From contig CAVXGK010000002.1 of assembly GCA_963761305.1 (NCBI GenBank), forward strand, positions 128,001-192,000: a DNA stretch of 64,000 nt, written 5' to 3'. Made by a program: the position numbers and the translations under genes. Origin of the DNA: an uncultured Gemmatimonadaceae bacterium (GTDB lineage Bacteria; Gemmatimonadota; Gemmatimonadetes; Gemmatimonadales; Gemmatimonadaceae). The notes beneath the pieces were generated by a model. The model saw only the letters and a list, made by a program, of their open reading frames with translations. It made no database searches and was not told the DNA's origin. Below, one piece after another: positions 27,019-36,727 of this stretch (position 1 is the stretch's first letter; each line of letters starts with the position of its first letter).

Positions 27019-28479
27019 ATGTCGAAATCTCCCTTCGAAGACGCGCTGAATCGACCGATCACGCGCCGTCGCCTGTTGAGCGCTTCGGCGCGCGCGGCGG
27101 CGGCCTCGCTCGCCGCCTCGCTCATGCCCGTGAACGTCCGGCGCGCGCTCGCGCAGCCGGTGCGCACCGGGCAACTGAGCGACATCAAGCACGTCGTGCT
27201 GCTGATGCAGGAGAATCGATCGTTCGACCACTACTTCGGCACGATGGCCGGCGTGCGCGGGTTCAACGACCCCGACGCGTTGCGACTTCCGAACGGCCGC
27301 TCGGTCTTCTATCAGCCGGACGCGGAGCATCCTGACGGCCACATGCTGCCGTTTCACCTGAACACCCGGACGACGAACGCCCAGAAGATTCCGTCGACGA
27401 ACCACGCATGGTCGGTGCAGCACGAGGCGTGGAACAACGGGAAGATGGACCAATGGCTTCCGGCGCATCGCAAGGCGGACGGCCTGAACGGTCCCTACGT
27501 GATGGGCTACTATACGCGCGCCGACATTCCGTTTCAGTTCGCGCTGGCCGAGGCGTTCACCGTTTGCGACGCGTCGCACTGCTCGGTGCTCGGACCGACG
27601 TGGCCGAATCGGATGTATTGGATGACCGGCACCATCGACCCTGAAGCCTCGGGGGGCGGCCCGATCTTCGACAACACGATTCCGCACGATCGGTTTTATC
27701 ACTGGACCACCTACGCCGAACGGTTGGAGCAGGCCGGCGTCAGTTGGAAGGTCTATCAGCAAACTGATAATTACGGCACCAACGTGCTGGAGTATTTCGA
27801 GAACTTTCGGATGGCGCCGCCCGGCTCGCCGCTCTACGCCAAGGGAGTCGCGCGCGGGCCCGAAGGCGAATTCGAGAGCGACGCGATCAACGACCGGCTT
27901 CCCACGGTGTCGTGGATCATGCCGACGAGCTTCCAGTCGGAGCACCCCAACTACATGCCCGCCGACGGCGCGGCCTTCGTCGCCAGCAAGATCGACGCGA
28001 TCGCCGCGAACCCCGACGTCTGGGCGAAGACGGCGTTCATTCTCACGTACGACGAAAACGACGGCCTGTTCGATCACGTCGCGCCGCCGGTGGCGCCCGA
28101 GGGCTCGCCGCTCGAGTTCCTGCACGGGCTTCCGATCGGCGCCGGCTATCGCGTTCCGACGATCGTCGTTTCGCCCTGGACCGCGGGTGGCTGGGTATCG
28201 AGCCAACCGTTCGACCACACGTCGTCGCTTCGACTGCTCGAGCGCATCACGGGTGTTGAGGAGCCGAACATCACCGAGTGGCGGCGAAAGACGTTCGGCG
28301 ATTTCACGTCGGTGTTCCGGTTCGATGACGCGAAGTCGGCGCCGCCGTCGCTGCCCGACACCAGTGGACCACTCGTGCTGGCACGTCGCGAGGCTACGTC
28401 GTTGCCGGCGCCGGCGTTGGTGGGGCAACCGCAGGCGCCGCCGTCACAGGAGACGGGAACGCGGCGGCGAGTGCCGTAG
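27019..28479 (+). CDS. Phosphoesterase / phospholipase C (PlcN/Plc family), Tat-exported
   Basis: Tat motif ITRRRLL; IKHVVLLMQENRSFDHYFG, GPTWPNR, SEHP, TYDENDGLFDHV, FDHTS. Confidence 0.92.
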   Translation: MSKSPFEDALNRPITRRRLLSASARAAAASLAASLMPVNVRRALAQPVRTGQLSDIKHVVLLMQENRSFDHYFGTMAGVRGFNDPDALRLPNGRSVFYQPDAEHPDGHMLPFHLNTRTTNAQKIPSTNHAWSVQHEAWNNGKMDQWLPAHRKADGLNGPYVMGYYTRADIPFQFALAEAFTVCDASHCSVLGPTWPNRMYWMTGTIDPEASGGGPIFDNTIPHDRFYHWTTYAERLEQAGVSWKVYQQTDNYGTNVLEYFENFRMAPPGSPLYAKGVARGPEGEFESDAINDRLPTVSWIMPTSFQSEHPNYMPADGAAFVASKIDAIAANPDVWAKTAFILTYDENDGLFDHVAPPVAPEGSPLEFLHGLPIGAGYRVPTIVVSPWTAGGWVSSQPFDHTSSLRLLERITGVEEPNITEWRRKTFGDFTSVFRFDDAKSAPPSLPDTSGPLVLARREATSLPAPALVGQPQAPPSQETGTRRRVP

Positions 28480-28497
28480 TCCGACCGTAGCGCGCGA

Positions 28498-29328
28498 TCA
28501 GTTTCGAACGGCGAGCCACGGCACGCCGCGGTAGGAGTCCGCCACCATCCACGTGGCAGCCGTCAACGACCAAGAGCCGAGGATTTCGCCCCAGTCGGAC
28601 GCCGTGGGCCCGGCGATGATGACCGGCACCCAGACCAACACCGTGAACAGGGCGACCTGCACCGCCGAGAGCGTGACGGCGAGACGTCCGTACACGCCGA
28701 AGAGCGCCGCCACGCCTGCCGCGATGAAGGTGCCGCCGAAGAAGCACGCCCAGGCCAAGTGCCAGGGCAGCCACCCCGGCACCATGGAGACGGTTCTTTC
28801 GAGATATGTGAAGTGCGCTACGCCGAAGGGAATCAACCCAAGGCCGTAGAGCGCCGTCGCCAAGCGAAGCCCGTTGTCGCCGGTCGCGAAACTGAAACGC
28901 TGTCGATCCCGGTCGTCGGCGAACCATACGAACAGCACCCAGGCGGCCGCCGCCATCACCGCCGTGTCGCCCGTGGCCCACCACGCGCCGGTCGCTGTAG
29001 GCGCCCGGAAGATGACGGGGATCCTGAACAGCAGCATCCAAACCGCGAAAGCGGTGAGCAGCACGAGCGAGGAGATGCGGGCGGTGCGCCGCCAGAGTAA
29101 GCCGACGCCGGTTGCGATAGAAACGAAAGCGCTGAGATAGACGAGCGCCTCACGCGCCGGAAAACTCTTCGGCACTCCGGCCCATGTCGGGATGAAATCG
29201 TGTTGGGCGAAGCTCACGATTCCGAGGCCGACCATCGTCACCGCAAAGAACGCTTGCCCCGCGCTGGCGACGCCTACCGCCTGCGTACCCGCGCCGCCGA
29301 TCTCGTCGATTCGATCCGCGTATTCCAT
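28498..29328 (-). CDS. DoxX-like duplicated membrane protein
   Basis: About 8 TM segments in two similar halves (GLIPFGVAHF...MVPGWLPW..FFGGTFIAAGVA). GAGG SD. Confidence 0.75.
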   Translation of the reverse strand: MEYADRIDEIGGAGTQAVGVASAGQAFFAVTMVGLGIVSFAQHDFIPTWAGVPKSFPAREALVYLSAFVSIATGVGLLWRRTARISSLVLLTAFAVWMLLFRIPVIFRAPTATGAWWATGDTAVMAAAAWVLFVWFADDRDRQRFSFATGDNGLRLATALYGLGLIPFGVAHFTYLERTVSMVPGWLPWHLAWACFFGGTFIAAGVAALFGVYGRLAVTLSAVQVALFTVLVWVPVIIAGPTASDWGEILGSWSLTAATWMVADSYRGVPWLAVRN

Positions 29329-29510
29329 GGCTCACCTCTGCCGTAACGGCGTTTGACGTGCCGCGAATGATTATGAGGTCGTTCGCGCTCGATCGAAGCA
29401 CGCGTCGTCCCCGGGGGGTGTACGGATTTGGTATTCTTCGTGGTTGGCTATCCCAAGAGGCAGCGATTCATCCCCCACGAGCGTGAACGAAGAGTGTCGC
29501 AGGGAGGCAC

Positions 29511-30224
29511 ATGGACGTTGCAACGAAGAGACCGCGCGTGATTTGTCACATGGCGGCATCGATCGACGGGCGAATCGTGTCCGGCGGGTGGCCGCACTTC
29601 GACGCCGTGCGTCGCGAGTACGAGAAAGTGCACGCCAGCTACGAGTCCGACGGATGGATCTGCGGTCGAGTGACGATGGAACCGCTCGCAGGAGGCCTGC
29701 GCTCGGACGCCGAGGTTGCGATCGAGCACGACAGCGGGGCGCCGCGGGAGGACTTCCTCGCGCCGGGTCTGCACGAGTCGTTCGCGTTCGCGGTTGACGC
29801 GAGCGGCCGCCTGGCGTGGAGGTCGAACGATATCGACGGCGACCACGTGGTGGCGATTCTGTCGGAACGGGTATCTGACGAGTATCTCGCGTCGCTTCGC
29901 CAGCGCGGCGTGTCGTACCTTCTCGCGGGCCAGCAAGATGTCGACTTGCGCGTCGCCCTCGAGAAGGTCGGCTCACGCTTTGGCGTTCAAACATTGATGC
30001 TCGAGGGAGGCGGACGGATCAACGGGCACATGCTCGCCGCCGGTTTGATCAATGAGGTGAGCCTTCTCGTCGCGCCGGTCGCCGACGGACGGGTCGGCAC
30101 GCCCGCATTGTTCGACGTCGTCGGCAGTGACATCTCGGCGGTTGCGCTCAGGCTCGAGAACGTCGACAGGCGTGAGGGCGACATTCTCTGGTTGCGCTAT
30201 CGCGTTGAACCCGGCAGGGAGTGA
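29511..30224 (+). CDS. RibD C-terminal domain / dihydrofolate-reductase-like protein
   Basis: RPRVICHMAASIDGRI, CGRVTME, LMLEGGGRING, INEVSLLVAP. GGAGG SD. Confidence 0.9.
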   Translation: MDVATKRPRVICHMAASIDGRIVSGGWPHFDAVRREYEKVHASYESDGWICGRVTMEPLAGGLRSDAEVAIEHDSGAPREDFLAPGLHESFAFAVDASGRLAWRSNDIDGDHVVAILSERVSDEYLASLRQRGVSYLLAGQQDVDLRVALEKVGSRFGVQTLMLEGGGRINGHMLAAGLINEVSLLVAPVADGRVGTPALFDVVGSDISAVALRLENVDRREGDILWLRYRVEPGRE

Positions 30225-30237
30225 ACGACCGCGCCGT

Positions 30238-30693
30238 TTATTGAATCGCCTGGCCGAGTCCCACCACTTCGCCGCTCGCCAGCACGTGGTCCTTCATCGC
30301 GTCGGTCATCGCCGCGTCGAGCTTCGTGATGGTCGCCGGGATGTTGCCCATCGTCCAATGCAGGATCGGCAGGCCGTTCGAGTTGCGCATCATACCGTCC
30401 GCGTCTTGCATGATGATGGCGTACGACTTTGTCCCGGCGGGACCGGCCGTCCATGAAAGACCGGGGAACACGTTGCCCTTGTACTGCGTGTTCTCGAACG
30501 GGATGTCGCCGCCGTTTTTGAACGCCGGTGTGGTGACGGTAAGCGTCGCTCCACTCTTTGCCGGCAGGGTGACGAGCGCACGGGTGTTCGCCGCCACCTC
30601 CGTCGCGGCCGGCGGACTCTGGCCGCCGCACGCCGCGAGCACAACGAGAGGCATCGCGATCGTGGAACGAATGCTGAGAGCTCTCACGATCAC
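30238..30693 (-). CDS. YbhB/YbcL (PEBP/RKIP) family lipoprotein, apparently internally deleted
   Basis: Lipobox [33 protein letters not shown]...[14 protein letters not shown]. The usual GP.PP...HRY.F..ALD segment is missing. Confidence 0.75.
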   Translation of the reverse strand: MIVRALSIRSTIAMPLVVLAACGGQSPPAATEVAANTRALVTLPAKSGATLTVTTPAFKNGGDIPFENTQYKGNVFPGLSWTAGPAGTKSYAIIMQDADGMMRNSNGLPILHWTMGNIPATITKLDAAMTDAMKDHVLASGEVVGLGQAIQ

Positions 30694-30840
30694 ATGGAGG
30701 GCGGAATGCGGATTGAGTGGGAGAGGCGCTCCCCCTGGGCGCCGCTCAATCTACAGTCGACGCCGTGCCTCGTTGAGGGGCGGCCGTCGCCCCGCTATTT
30801 CTCGGCATCGGAGCTCACATCGCCAGACGAGAGGGAATAC

Positions 30841-31242
30841 ATGGACATCACGCGTGCGGAATCGCGGCCGTCGGCCAAAGCGAATCCTGATTGGTTCACC
30901 GGCGCGGTCCGCATCGATTCGCTGTTTCAGTCGGCGGCACCGGCACGCGCCGCCGGAGCCATGGTCACATTCGAGCCGCGGGCGCGAACGTCGTGGCACA
31001 CGCATCCGCTCGGACAGACGCTCATCGTCACCAGTGGTGTCGGGCGCGCGCAGCGAGACGGCGGCCCGATCGAGACGATTCGCGCCGGGGACGTGATCTG
31101 GTTCGCGCCAGGCGAGAAACATTGGCACGGCGCGTCGGCCACTACGGCGATGACGCACATCGCCGTTCAGGAGGCGGTGAACGGAAGTTTCGTCGATTGG
31201 CTCGAGAAGGTGAGCGACGAACAATACGGCGCTGGGGCGTGA
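30841..31242 (+). CDS. Cupin domain protein
   Basis: [63 protein letters not shown]. Confidence 0.92.
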   Translation: MDITRAESRPSAKANPDWFTGAVRIDSLFQSAAPARAAGAMVTFEPRARTSWHTHPLGQTLIVTSGVGRAQRDGGPIETIRAGDVIWFAPGEKHWHGASATTAMTHIAVQEAVNGSFVDWLEKVSDEQYGAGA

Positions 31243-31324
31243 GAACACGCGAGCCGAACGGCTCGCCAACGCAAGGTGCGGCGCGTATATACTGTGCCCA
31301 GGTCCCAAGCCTGGAGCGTTCGTC

Positions 31325-33010
31325 GTGTTCTCGCGCGCACCCCGCTGTCTCTCGCTCGCTTCACTTCTCTCGGTCGTCTCCCTCGGCGTCGTCGCCGCAC
31401 AAACGTCGGTCATTCTCCCCGGCCCGTCGGGCCGAGCGAAAACCAAGTTCGAGATTCGCGTCCCCGCGTCGGTGCGCGGCGAGCCGCTCACCGGTCGCGT
31501 CTACATCGTCATCGGCACTGACAGCACGCGCGAGCCGCGCACGCAGATAGGACGCGTCGGCACGCCGCTGTTCGGGCACGACGTCGACCGTCTCGCGCCG
31601 GGCGCTCCCGCGACGATCGACGGCAGCGACCTCGGCACGCCGGTGTTCGACATGGCGGACATTCCCGCCGGCGACTACTGGATCCAGCCGTTCGTGAACG
31701 TCTACTCGGAGTTCAAGCGCGCCGACGGCCACGTGCTGTGGATGCACGACGACCAGTGGGAAGGGCAGAACTGGGCGCGCTCACCGGGCGACATCTACGG
31801 CGCGCCGCAGAAGGTGCACTACGATCCGAAGGCAAGCGCCGTCGTGAAGCTCGTCGCCGACAAAATCCTTCCGCCGATCGCGATTCCGGCCGACAACGAG
31901 TTCGTGCAACGGTTCAAGTTCCAGAGTCCGTCGCTCACCAAGTTCTGGGGACGCCCGATCTACCTCGGCGCGACCGTGTTGCTGCCGCGTGACTACAAGA
32001 CGTCCACGATCAGCTATCCGGTGAACTACATCCAGGGCCACTTCGGCCTCGGCGCGCCGTACGGATTCGACGCGCCGGCCGGCGGCCGCGGCGGCGCGGG
32101 CGGACAATCATTTCGCGAGGCCTGGACGTCGGAGAATTTTCCGCGCCTCGTCGCGGTGACGTTCCAGCATCCGACGCCGTACTTCGACGACTCGTACGCC
32201 GTGAACAGCGTGAACATGGGTCCGTACGGCGACGCGATCATGAACGAGCTGATTCCCGAGATCGAGAAGCGCTATCGCGTCATTAGAGAACCGTGGGCGC
32301 GGTGGCTATCGGGCGGATCGACGGGCGGCTGGGAATCGCTGGCGTTACAGATCTTCCATCCCGACTTCTTCGGCGGCACGTGGTCGTCGTGCCCCGACCC
32401 GGTCACGTTCACCGACGTCGAAGGCGTGAACATGTACAAGGACGCGAACGCCTTCTATAAGAACTACAGCCAGTGGCAGCTGACGCCGACGGTCAACTCG
32501 CGCGAGGTGAACGGCGAGATCAGGCAGACGGCGCAGCAGCGCTACTGGATGGAGCTCGTGAACGGCACGCACGGGCGTTCCGGCACGGGCCAACAGGACA
32601 TCTGGGAAGCGACGTGGGGTCCGATCGGGGCCGACGGCTTCTTCAAGCCGGCGGTCGACTCGCGCACCGGCGTGATCGACCACACGGTGACGCAGTATTG
32701 GCGCGACAACTACGACCTGCTCTACTACTTGCAGCGCAACTGGAGCACGGTCGGACCCAAGCTCGTCGACAAGATCCACGTCTATGTCGGCAACATGGAC
32801 AGCTTCTTCCTCGACCGCGCGACGCGCGAGCTGCAAGCGTGGATGAAGACGACGACCAACCCGCACTACGAGGGCTACTTCGTCTACGGCGACCAGAAGC
32901 CGCATTGCTGGAGCGGGCCGGGAACGAGCGCCGATCGGTTGAAAGAGATGGCCGAGTACGGGCTGCGGAAGATGCCCGAGGGGACGACCGCGCCCTGGTG
33001 GAAGTACTGA
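31325..33010 (+). CDS. Secreted esterase-like alpha/beta hydrolase with N-terminal extra domain
   Basis: Signal peptide; SLTKFWGRP..ATVLLP, DSYAVNS..GPYGDAI..ELIPEIE, nucleophile GGSTGG, C-terminal HCW. Confidence 0.8.
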   Translation: MFSRAPRCLSLASLLSVVSLGVVAAQTSVILPGPSGRAKTKFEIRVPASVRGEPLTGRVYIVIGTDSTREPRTQIGRVGTPLFGHDVDRLAPGAPATIDGSDLGTPVFDMADIPAGDYWIQPFVNVYSEFKRADGHVLWMHDDQWEGQNWARSPGDIYGAPQKVHYDPKASAVVKLVADKILPPIAIPADNEFVQRFKFQSPSLTKFWGRPIYLGATVLLPRDYKTSTISYPVNYIQGHFGLGAPYGFDAPAGGRGGAGGQSFREAWTSENFPRLVAVTFQHPTPYFDDSYAVNSVNMGPYGDAIMNELIPEIEKRYRVIREPWARWLSGGSTGGWESLALQIFHPDFFGGTWSSCPDPVTFTDVEGVNMYKDANAFYKNYSQWQLTPTVNSREVNGEIRQTAQQRYWMELVNGTHGRSGTGQQDIWEATWGPIGADGFFKPAVDSRTGVIDHTVTQYWRDNYDLLYYLQRNWSTVGPKLVDKIHVYVGNMDSFFLDRATRELQAWMKTTTNPHYEGYFVYGDQKPHCWSGPGTSADRLKEMAEYGLRKMPEGTTAPWWKY

Positions 33011-33156
33011 TCAACCGGTAGCCGTCGGCGCTGTACGAAGCGAAGCGCGGGCGAGAAGCAGAGGGCGGCGTCCGTACTACATGACGTTCATCGACCGCCG
33101 CTCAGAGGCCTTTGTCGCCCTTGCGCCCGCATGTGCCATCGGCGAACGTACTGAGT

Positions 33157-33181
33157 AATCCCGATGGAAACAATCGGGATT
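33157..33181. promoter_or_regulatory. 25-bp 9-7-9 palindromic operator (Rrf2/IscR-like geometry)
   Basis: AATCCCGAT-GGAAACA-ATCGGGATT, a perfect IR ending 34 nt upstream of the FTR1-Rrf2 operon. Confidence 0.7.
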
Positions 33182-33215
33182 CCTCGCGATTGAACGTCCT
33201 TCACGATTCTCCGTC

Positions 33216-34217
33216 GTGCCTACTCTTTCGGCAGCCCCTGCCGTCGCCCGTTCGACAACGACACGTCGCTCCCTGCTCGGTTGGATCGCTGTCGTCGTCG
33301 CGGCCGGGTGCATCGTCGCGGTTCTCATTTGGCAGGCGATCGCCGCCGCCGGCGCCCCCGACCCGACGGCGGCGCGAGGAAACGCCTCCGCGACGCTCGA
33401 CATCGCGGTCCTCGTGTTTCGCGAGGGGCTGGAGTGCGTGCTCGTTCTCGCGGCGATGACGGCGAGCATGCAGGATTCACAAGCCCGGCAGCGGACGCCG
33501 ATCGTCTACGGCGTGATCGCCGGCGTGATCGTCACCGCGGCGACATGGATCGCGGCCGTACACGCGATCGATGCGCTGAGCGACAACGTCTCGGCGCTGC
33601 ACGTCCAGGCGGCCACCGGATTGCTGGCGATCGTCGTGCTGCTTGTGGTGATGAACTGGTTCTTCCACCGCGTGTACTGGACCGGCTGGATCGGGCTGCA
33701 CACGCGCCGGAAGCGTGCGCTCATCGACCGATCGACCGTCGGCGCGCTGCCGAATCGAGCGCTCTGGCTGGGGCTCGCCGCGCTCGGGTTCACGTCGTTC
33801 TATCGCGAAGGGTTCGAGGTCGTGCTGTTTCTCCAGACCTACCGTCTGCGCCTCGGCTCGGGCGCCGTGCTGAATGGCGCGGCGCTCGGCGTGGCGCTCT
33901 CCGGCGCTGTGGCGCTCTTGACGTTCGCGATGCGCCGCAAGCTTCCGTATAAGAAGATGCTCGTCATCACCGGCGTGCTGCTCAGCGTCGTACTCCTGGT
34001 GATGGTCGGGGAACAGGCGCAGGAGATGCAACTCGCGCACTGGCTGCCGACCACGCCGATCCATGCGCTGGACGGCGTGGTGAAACCCTGGATGGGCACC
34101 TGGCTGTCCGTCTTCGCCACGGTCGAAACGCTGGCGGCCCAGGCGCTCGCGGCGCTGCTCGTGTTCGGCTCGTACGGGCTCGCCCGCAACCGCTCCCGCA
34201 CGACGGAGCCTCGCTAA
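33216..34217 (+). CDS. FTR1/EfeU family iron permease
   Basis: Two RExxE motifs (FREGLE, YREGFE) in a multi-TM protein. Confidence 0.9.
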   Translation: MPTLSAAPAVARSTTTRRSLLGWIAVVVAAGCIVAVLIWQAIAAAGAPDPTAARGNASATLDIAVLVFREGLECVLVLAAMTASMQDSQARQRTPIVYGVIAGVIVTAATWIAAVHAIDALSDNVSALHVQAATGLLAIVVLLVVMNWFFHRVYWTGWIGLHTRRKRALIDRSTVGALPNRALWLGLAALGFTSFYREGFEVVLFLQTYRLRLGSGAVLNGAALGVALSGAVALLTFAMRRKLPYKKMLVITGVLLSVVLLVMVGEQAQEMQLAHWLPTTPIHALDGVVKPWMGTWLSVFATVETLAAQALAALLVFGSYGLARNRSRTTEPR

Positions 34218-34218
34218 C

Positions 34219-34695
34219 GTGCGAATCACCGTAGTCGCCGAGTACGGAGTCATCTGCGCGGTCCACCTCGCGCGGAATGCGGGCGCCGCGGTGTCCGTTC
34301 GCGCGCTGGCCGACGCGGAGCAACTGTCACCCGATTCGGCGGAACAGGTGCTGATGCGACTTCGGCGTGCTGGCGTCGTGCGCAGCACGCGCGGCGCGCA
34401 CGGCGGCTACGAGCTTGCGCGCCCGGCGGCGCTGATCTCGATCCGCGACATCGTCGTCGCGTCCGAGGAATCGCCGTTCGAGCTCAATTGCACGAGCCAT
34501 CCCGTGGACACGCAGCGCTGCTCACCCGATCACGCGTGCAGTATCAGACCGGTGTGGCTGCTCCTTCAGCAGAAGATCGACCACGTGCTGGCGAGCGTCT
34601 CGCTGGCGGATCTTCTGGCGCAGGAGCCGCAGGTGGGAACGTTGATCGGTCTGTCGCGTCGCTCCCGAACGCTCGAGGCTTCTCCGAGACTGTAG
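34219..34695 (+). CDS. Rrf2 family regulator (IscR-like, three Cys)
   Basis: MRITVVAEYG...EQVLMRLRRAGVVRSTRGAHGGYELAR...C-x9-C-x5-C. Confidence 0.92.
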   Translation: MRITVVAEYGVICAVHLARNAGAAVSVRALADAEQLSPDSAEQVLMRLRRAGVVRSTRGAHGGYELARPAALISIRDIVVASEESPFELNCTSHPVDTQRCSPDHACSIRPVWLLLQQKIDHVLASVSLADLLAQEPQVGTLIGLSRRSRTLEASPRL

Positions 34696-34702
34696 CTCGC
34701 GG

Positions 34703-35503
34703 TCAGAATCGGAACGCGAACGTGATCATCGGTCCCTTCATGTTCGTGTCCATCAGCAGATTGTTGTGGTCGTAGTCGATCGACAGGCTGCGATAGCCCG
34801 CGGCAAGCGTCCACCACGACACGGCGTCCCAGCCGACGGTGCCGTAGAGCTGCCACGTGTTCTTCGAGCCGCCGCCGCCGACGTCGCCACCGGCAAGTAC
34901 GCGCAGGCGTTTGCGGGGAATCCAGTCGACGCGGGCTCCCGGTGTCACGTCGATCCAGTTTCGGCCTCCGGAACGTTCGTGCGACGTTCCGTTGGGTCGA
35001 TCGACGTCGAGCGTCGCGCTCAGGTTCCAGTACCAGAAGCCCAGAAACGGTTGGACGTTCCAGGCTCCGTGATGGAACTGGTATCCGAACGTCGGATTGA
35101 GAATCGTTTCTTTCTGGCCGAGTGCGAACGAGCCCGTGTCGCCGCGAAAGGCGACCGTCGTTGCGTTGCCGACGTGCGAGTAGATGGCATCCAGGCCGAA
35201 CACGTACGACCTGTAGCGGACGTCGCCGGCAATCATCGCGCCGAACTTGAGCACGTGGACGATGTCTCTGAATGACTTGTCGACGTGCGTCTCGATGGGA
35301 CCGATGCCGACGTTCCCCGTCAGATCGGACGCCCAGAAGTAGGGAACGACCGAGAAGCGCCAACCGCTATCCGCCTGCGCCGCGCTCCGCGCGCCCGCGC
35401 CGAGCAGCAGCGCCGCGGTGATCGCCGCCCACTTCGTCGTTCGTCGAACAAACTCTCCTCGGATGCGAGCCCTGCCACGCCGAGGCCTGCTGCGCCGCGC
35501 CAC
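34703..35503 (-). CDS. Putative outer-membrane beta-barrel protein
   Basis: Signal peptide, WRFSVVPYFW, alternating aromatic strands, GYRSLSIDY..GPMITFAFRF with a C-terminal Phe. Start uncertain. Confidence 0.75.
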   Translation of the reverse strand: MARRSRPRRGRARIRGEFVRRTTKWAAITAALLLGAGARSAAQADSGWRFSVVPYFWASDLTGNVGIGPIETHVDKSFRDIVHVLKFGAMIAGDVRYRSYVFGLDAIYSHVGNATTVAFRGDTGSFALGQKETILNPTFGYQFHHGAWNVQPFLGFWYWNLSATLDVDRPNGTSHERSGGRNWIDVTPGARVDWIPRKRLRVLAGGDVGGGGSKNTWQLYGTVGWDAVSWWTLAAGYRSLSIDYDHNNLLMDTNMKGPMITFAFRF

Positions 35504-35612
35504 CGTCGTCCTCCGTCGCCTTCGTGCTTGCGCACGCTAGACGGCACGGGCGACGGTCGGCATTGGACCATGGCAAAGTACCGGTCGAGTCGGTGGGACT
35601 CGATTTGCGAGA

Positions 35613-36080
35613 TCAGGCCGGCCGGTATCCGTAGCCCCGCGCCATCGACACCGCGGCCGCGACCATCGCGACGAGCAACGCGATCTGGACGTAGCTGATC
35701 GCGCTGATTCGTCTCGCGACCGTCTCGTCCGGCTTCCACGCGGCTCCGAGGCGGCGGCCCATGCCGCGCCAGCGGATGAGCGTGATCATTGGCCAGATCT
35801 CGAGCAGGAAGATGAGGCCGAAGAGCCGCATCTTCGTGAGAAAAATGAAATCGTGTGTGTAGTAGGACGTGGTCTTCTCCGTGGCGCCGAACAGCCGCCA
35901 AAGACCCGACCCGATCCACAGCAAGGCCGCAATGCCCCACCAGGAGTCGCCGGCGAAGGCGCGCCGCACCGCGCCCATGTCGAGCGGGCGCACGCCGAGC
36001 GACCGGGCGCGCGACCACAATCCTCCGAGTCCGATGCCGAGCGCCAGGAGATGGACAACGGCGAGCGTCAGGCGAAGCAT
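35613..36080 (-). CDS. DUF2214 family membrane protein
   Basis: VVHLLAL..DSWWGIAALLWIGSGLWR..EK..YY..FLTKM..EIWPMITLIRWR..MARGYG. Confidence 0.8.
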   Translation of the reverse strand: MLRLTLAVVHLLALGIGLGGLWSRARSLGVRPLDMGAVRRAFAGDSWWGIAALLWIGSGLWRLFGATEKTTSYYTHDFIFLTKMRLFGLIFLLEIWPMITLIRWRGMGRRLGAAWKPDETVARRISAISYVQIALLVAMVAAAVSMARGYGYRPA

Positions 36081-36108
36081 GTGGCGAGAGGAAAGAGAGA
36101 GGACGCCG

Positions 36109-36564
36109 TCACTTCGGCGCGAGATAGTCCTGCGCGGCCACGATCTCCCAGCCTGCCTTTCGTTTGACCCACGTGTCGGTGAATCGGTAGCGATGGGTGA
36201 ACGGTGTTCCGTGGCTCCGGCCTCCGACGATCAGCCAACCCGTGACGACGGCCGTCACCGCGCCAAACTCGTGCACTGCCATCCCTTCGTTACGCGCGGC
36301 CGTCACGGTATCCGGCCCGCTGCTGACGTCGTTCAGCACCTGCTCACGCGTCGTCAGCTTGTCGTTCTCGGTGTAGATGAATTTCGACGCGAGCAACTTG
36401 TCGAAGAGGGCGCGATCTCGCGTCACGAGACCGGCGGCCCACTGGTTCTCGAGGCGAATGAGCTCGACGGAGCCTGGTTTTTCTTCTTTGACTTTCGTTT
36501 GAGCGGAGAGCGCGGACGCGCAGAGCGCGAGAAAGAGAACCGATCGGGCGAGCGACTGGCGCAT
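36109..36564 (-). CDS. NTF2-like / DUF4440 secreted protein
   Basis: From ATG 36564: signal peptide, LENQWAAGLVTRDRALFDKLLA..YRFTDTWVKRKAGWEIVAAQ. Confidence 0.85.
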   Translation of the reverse strand: MRQSLARSVLFLALCASALSAQTKVKEEKPGSVELIRLENQWAAGLVTRDRALFDKLLASKFIYTENDKLTTREQVLNDVSSGPDTVTAARNEGMAVHEFGAVTAVVTGWLIVGGRSHGTPFTHRYRFTDTWVKRKAGWEIVAAQDYLAPK

Positions 36565-36626
36565 GGGATGGATGTTGGAGGGTAGGCGACCGCTTGACGA
36601 TGTTGGCGCCACACCCTTGACCGCAA

Positions 36627-36722
36627 CCGTCCACCCGTCCACCCGTCCACCCGTCCACCCGTCCACCCGTCCACCCGTCCACCCGTCCACCCGTCCACCC
36701 GTCCACCCGTCCACCCGTCCAC
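36627..36722. repeat. Perfect 8-bp tandem repeat (CCGTCCAC)x12
   Basis: 12 exact units counted, abutting the VIT1 stop codon (5-nt gap). Confidence 0.97.
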
Positions 36723-36727
36723 CGCCG

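Noticed and set aside
36565..36714. N-terminal (DGWTGGRV)n extension of the DUF4440 ORF and similar repeat peptides in other frames
   Set aside because: Produced by translating the 8-bp DNA repeat. A signal peptide begins at ATG 36564.
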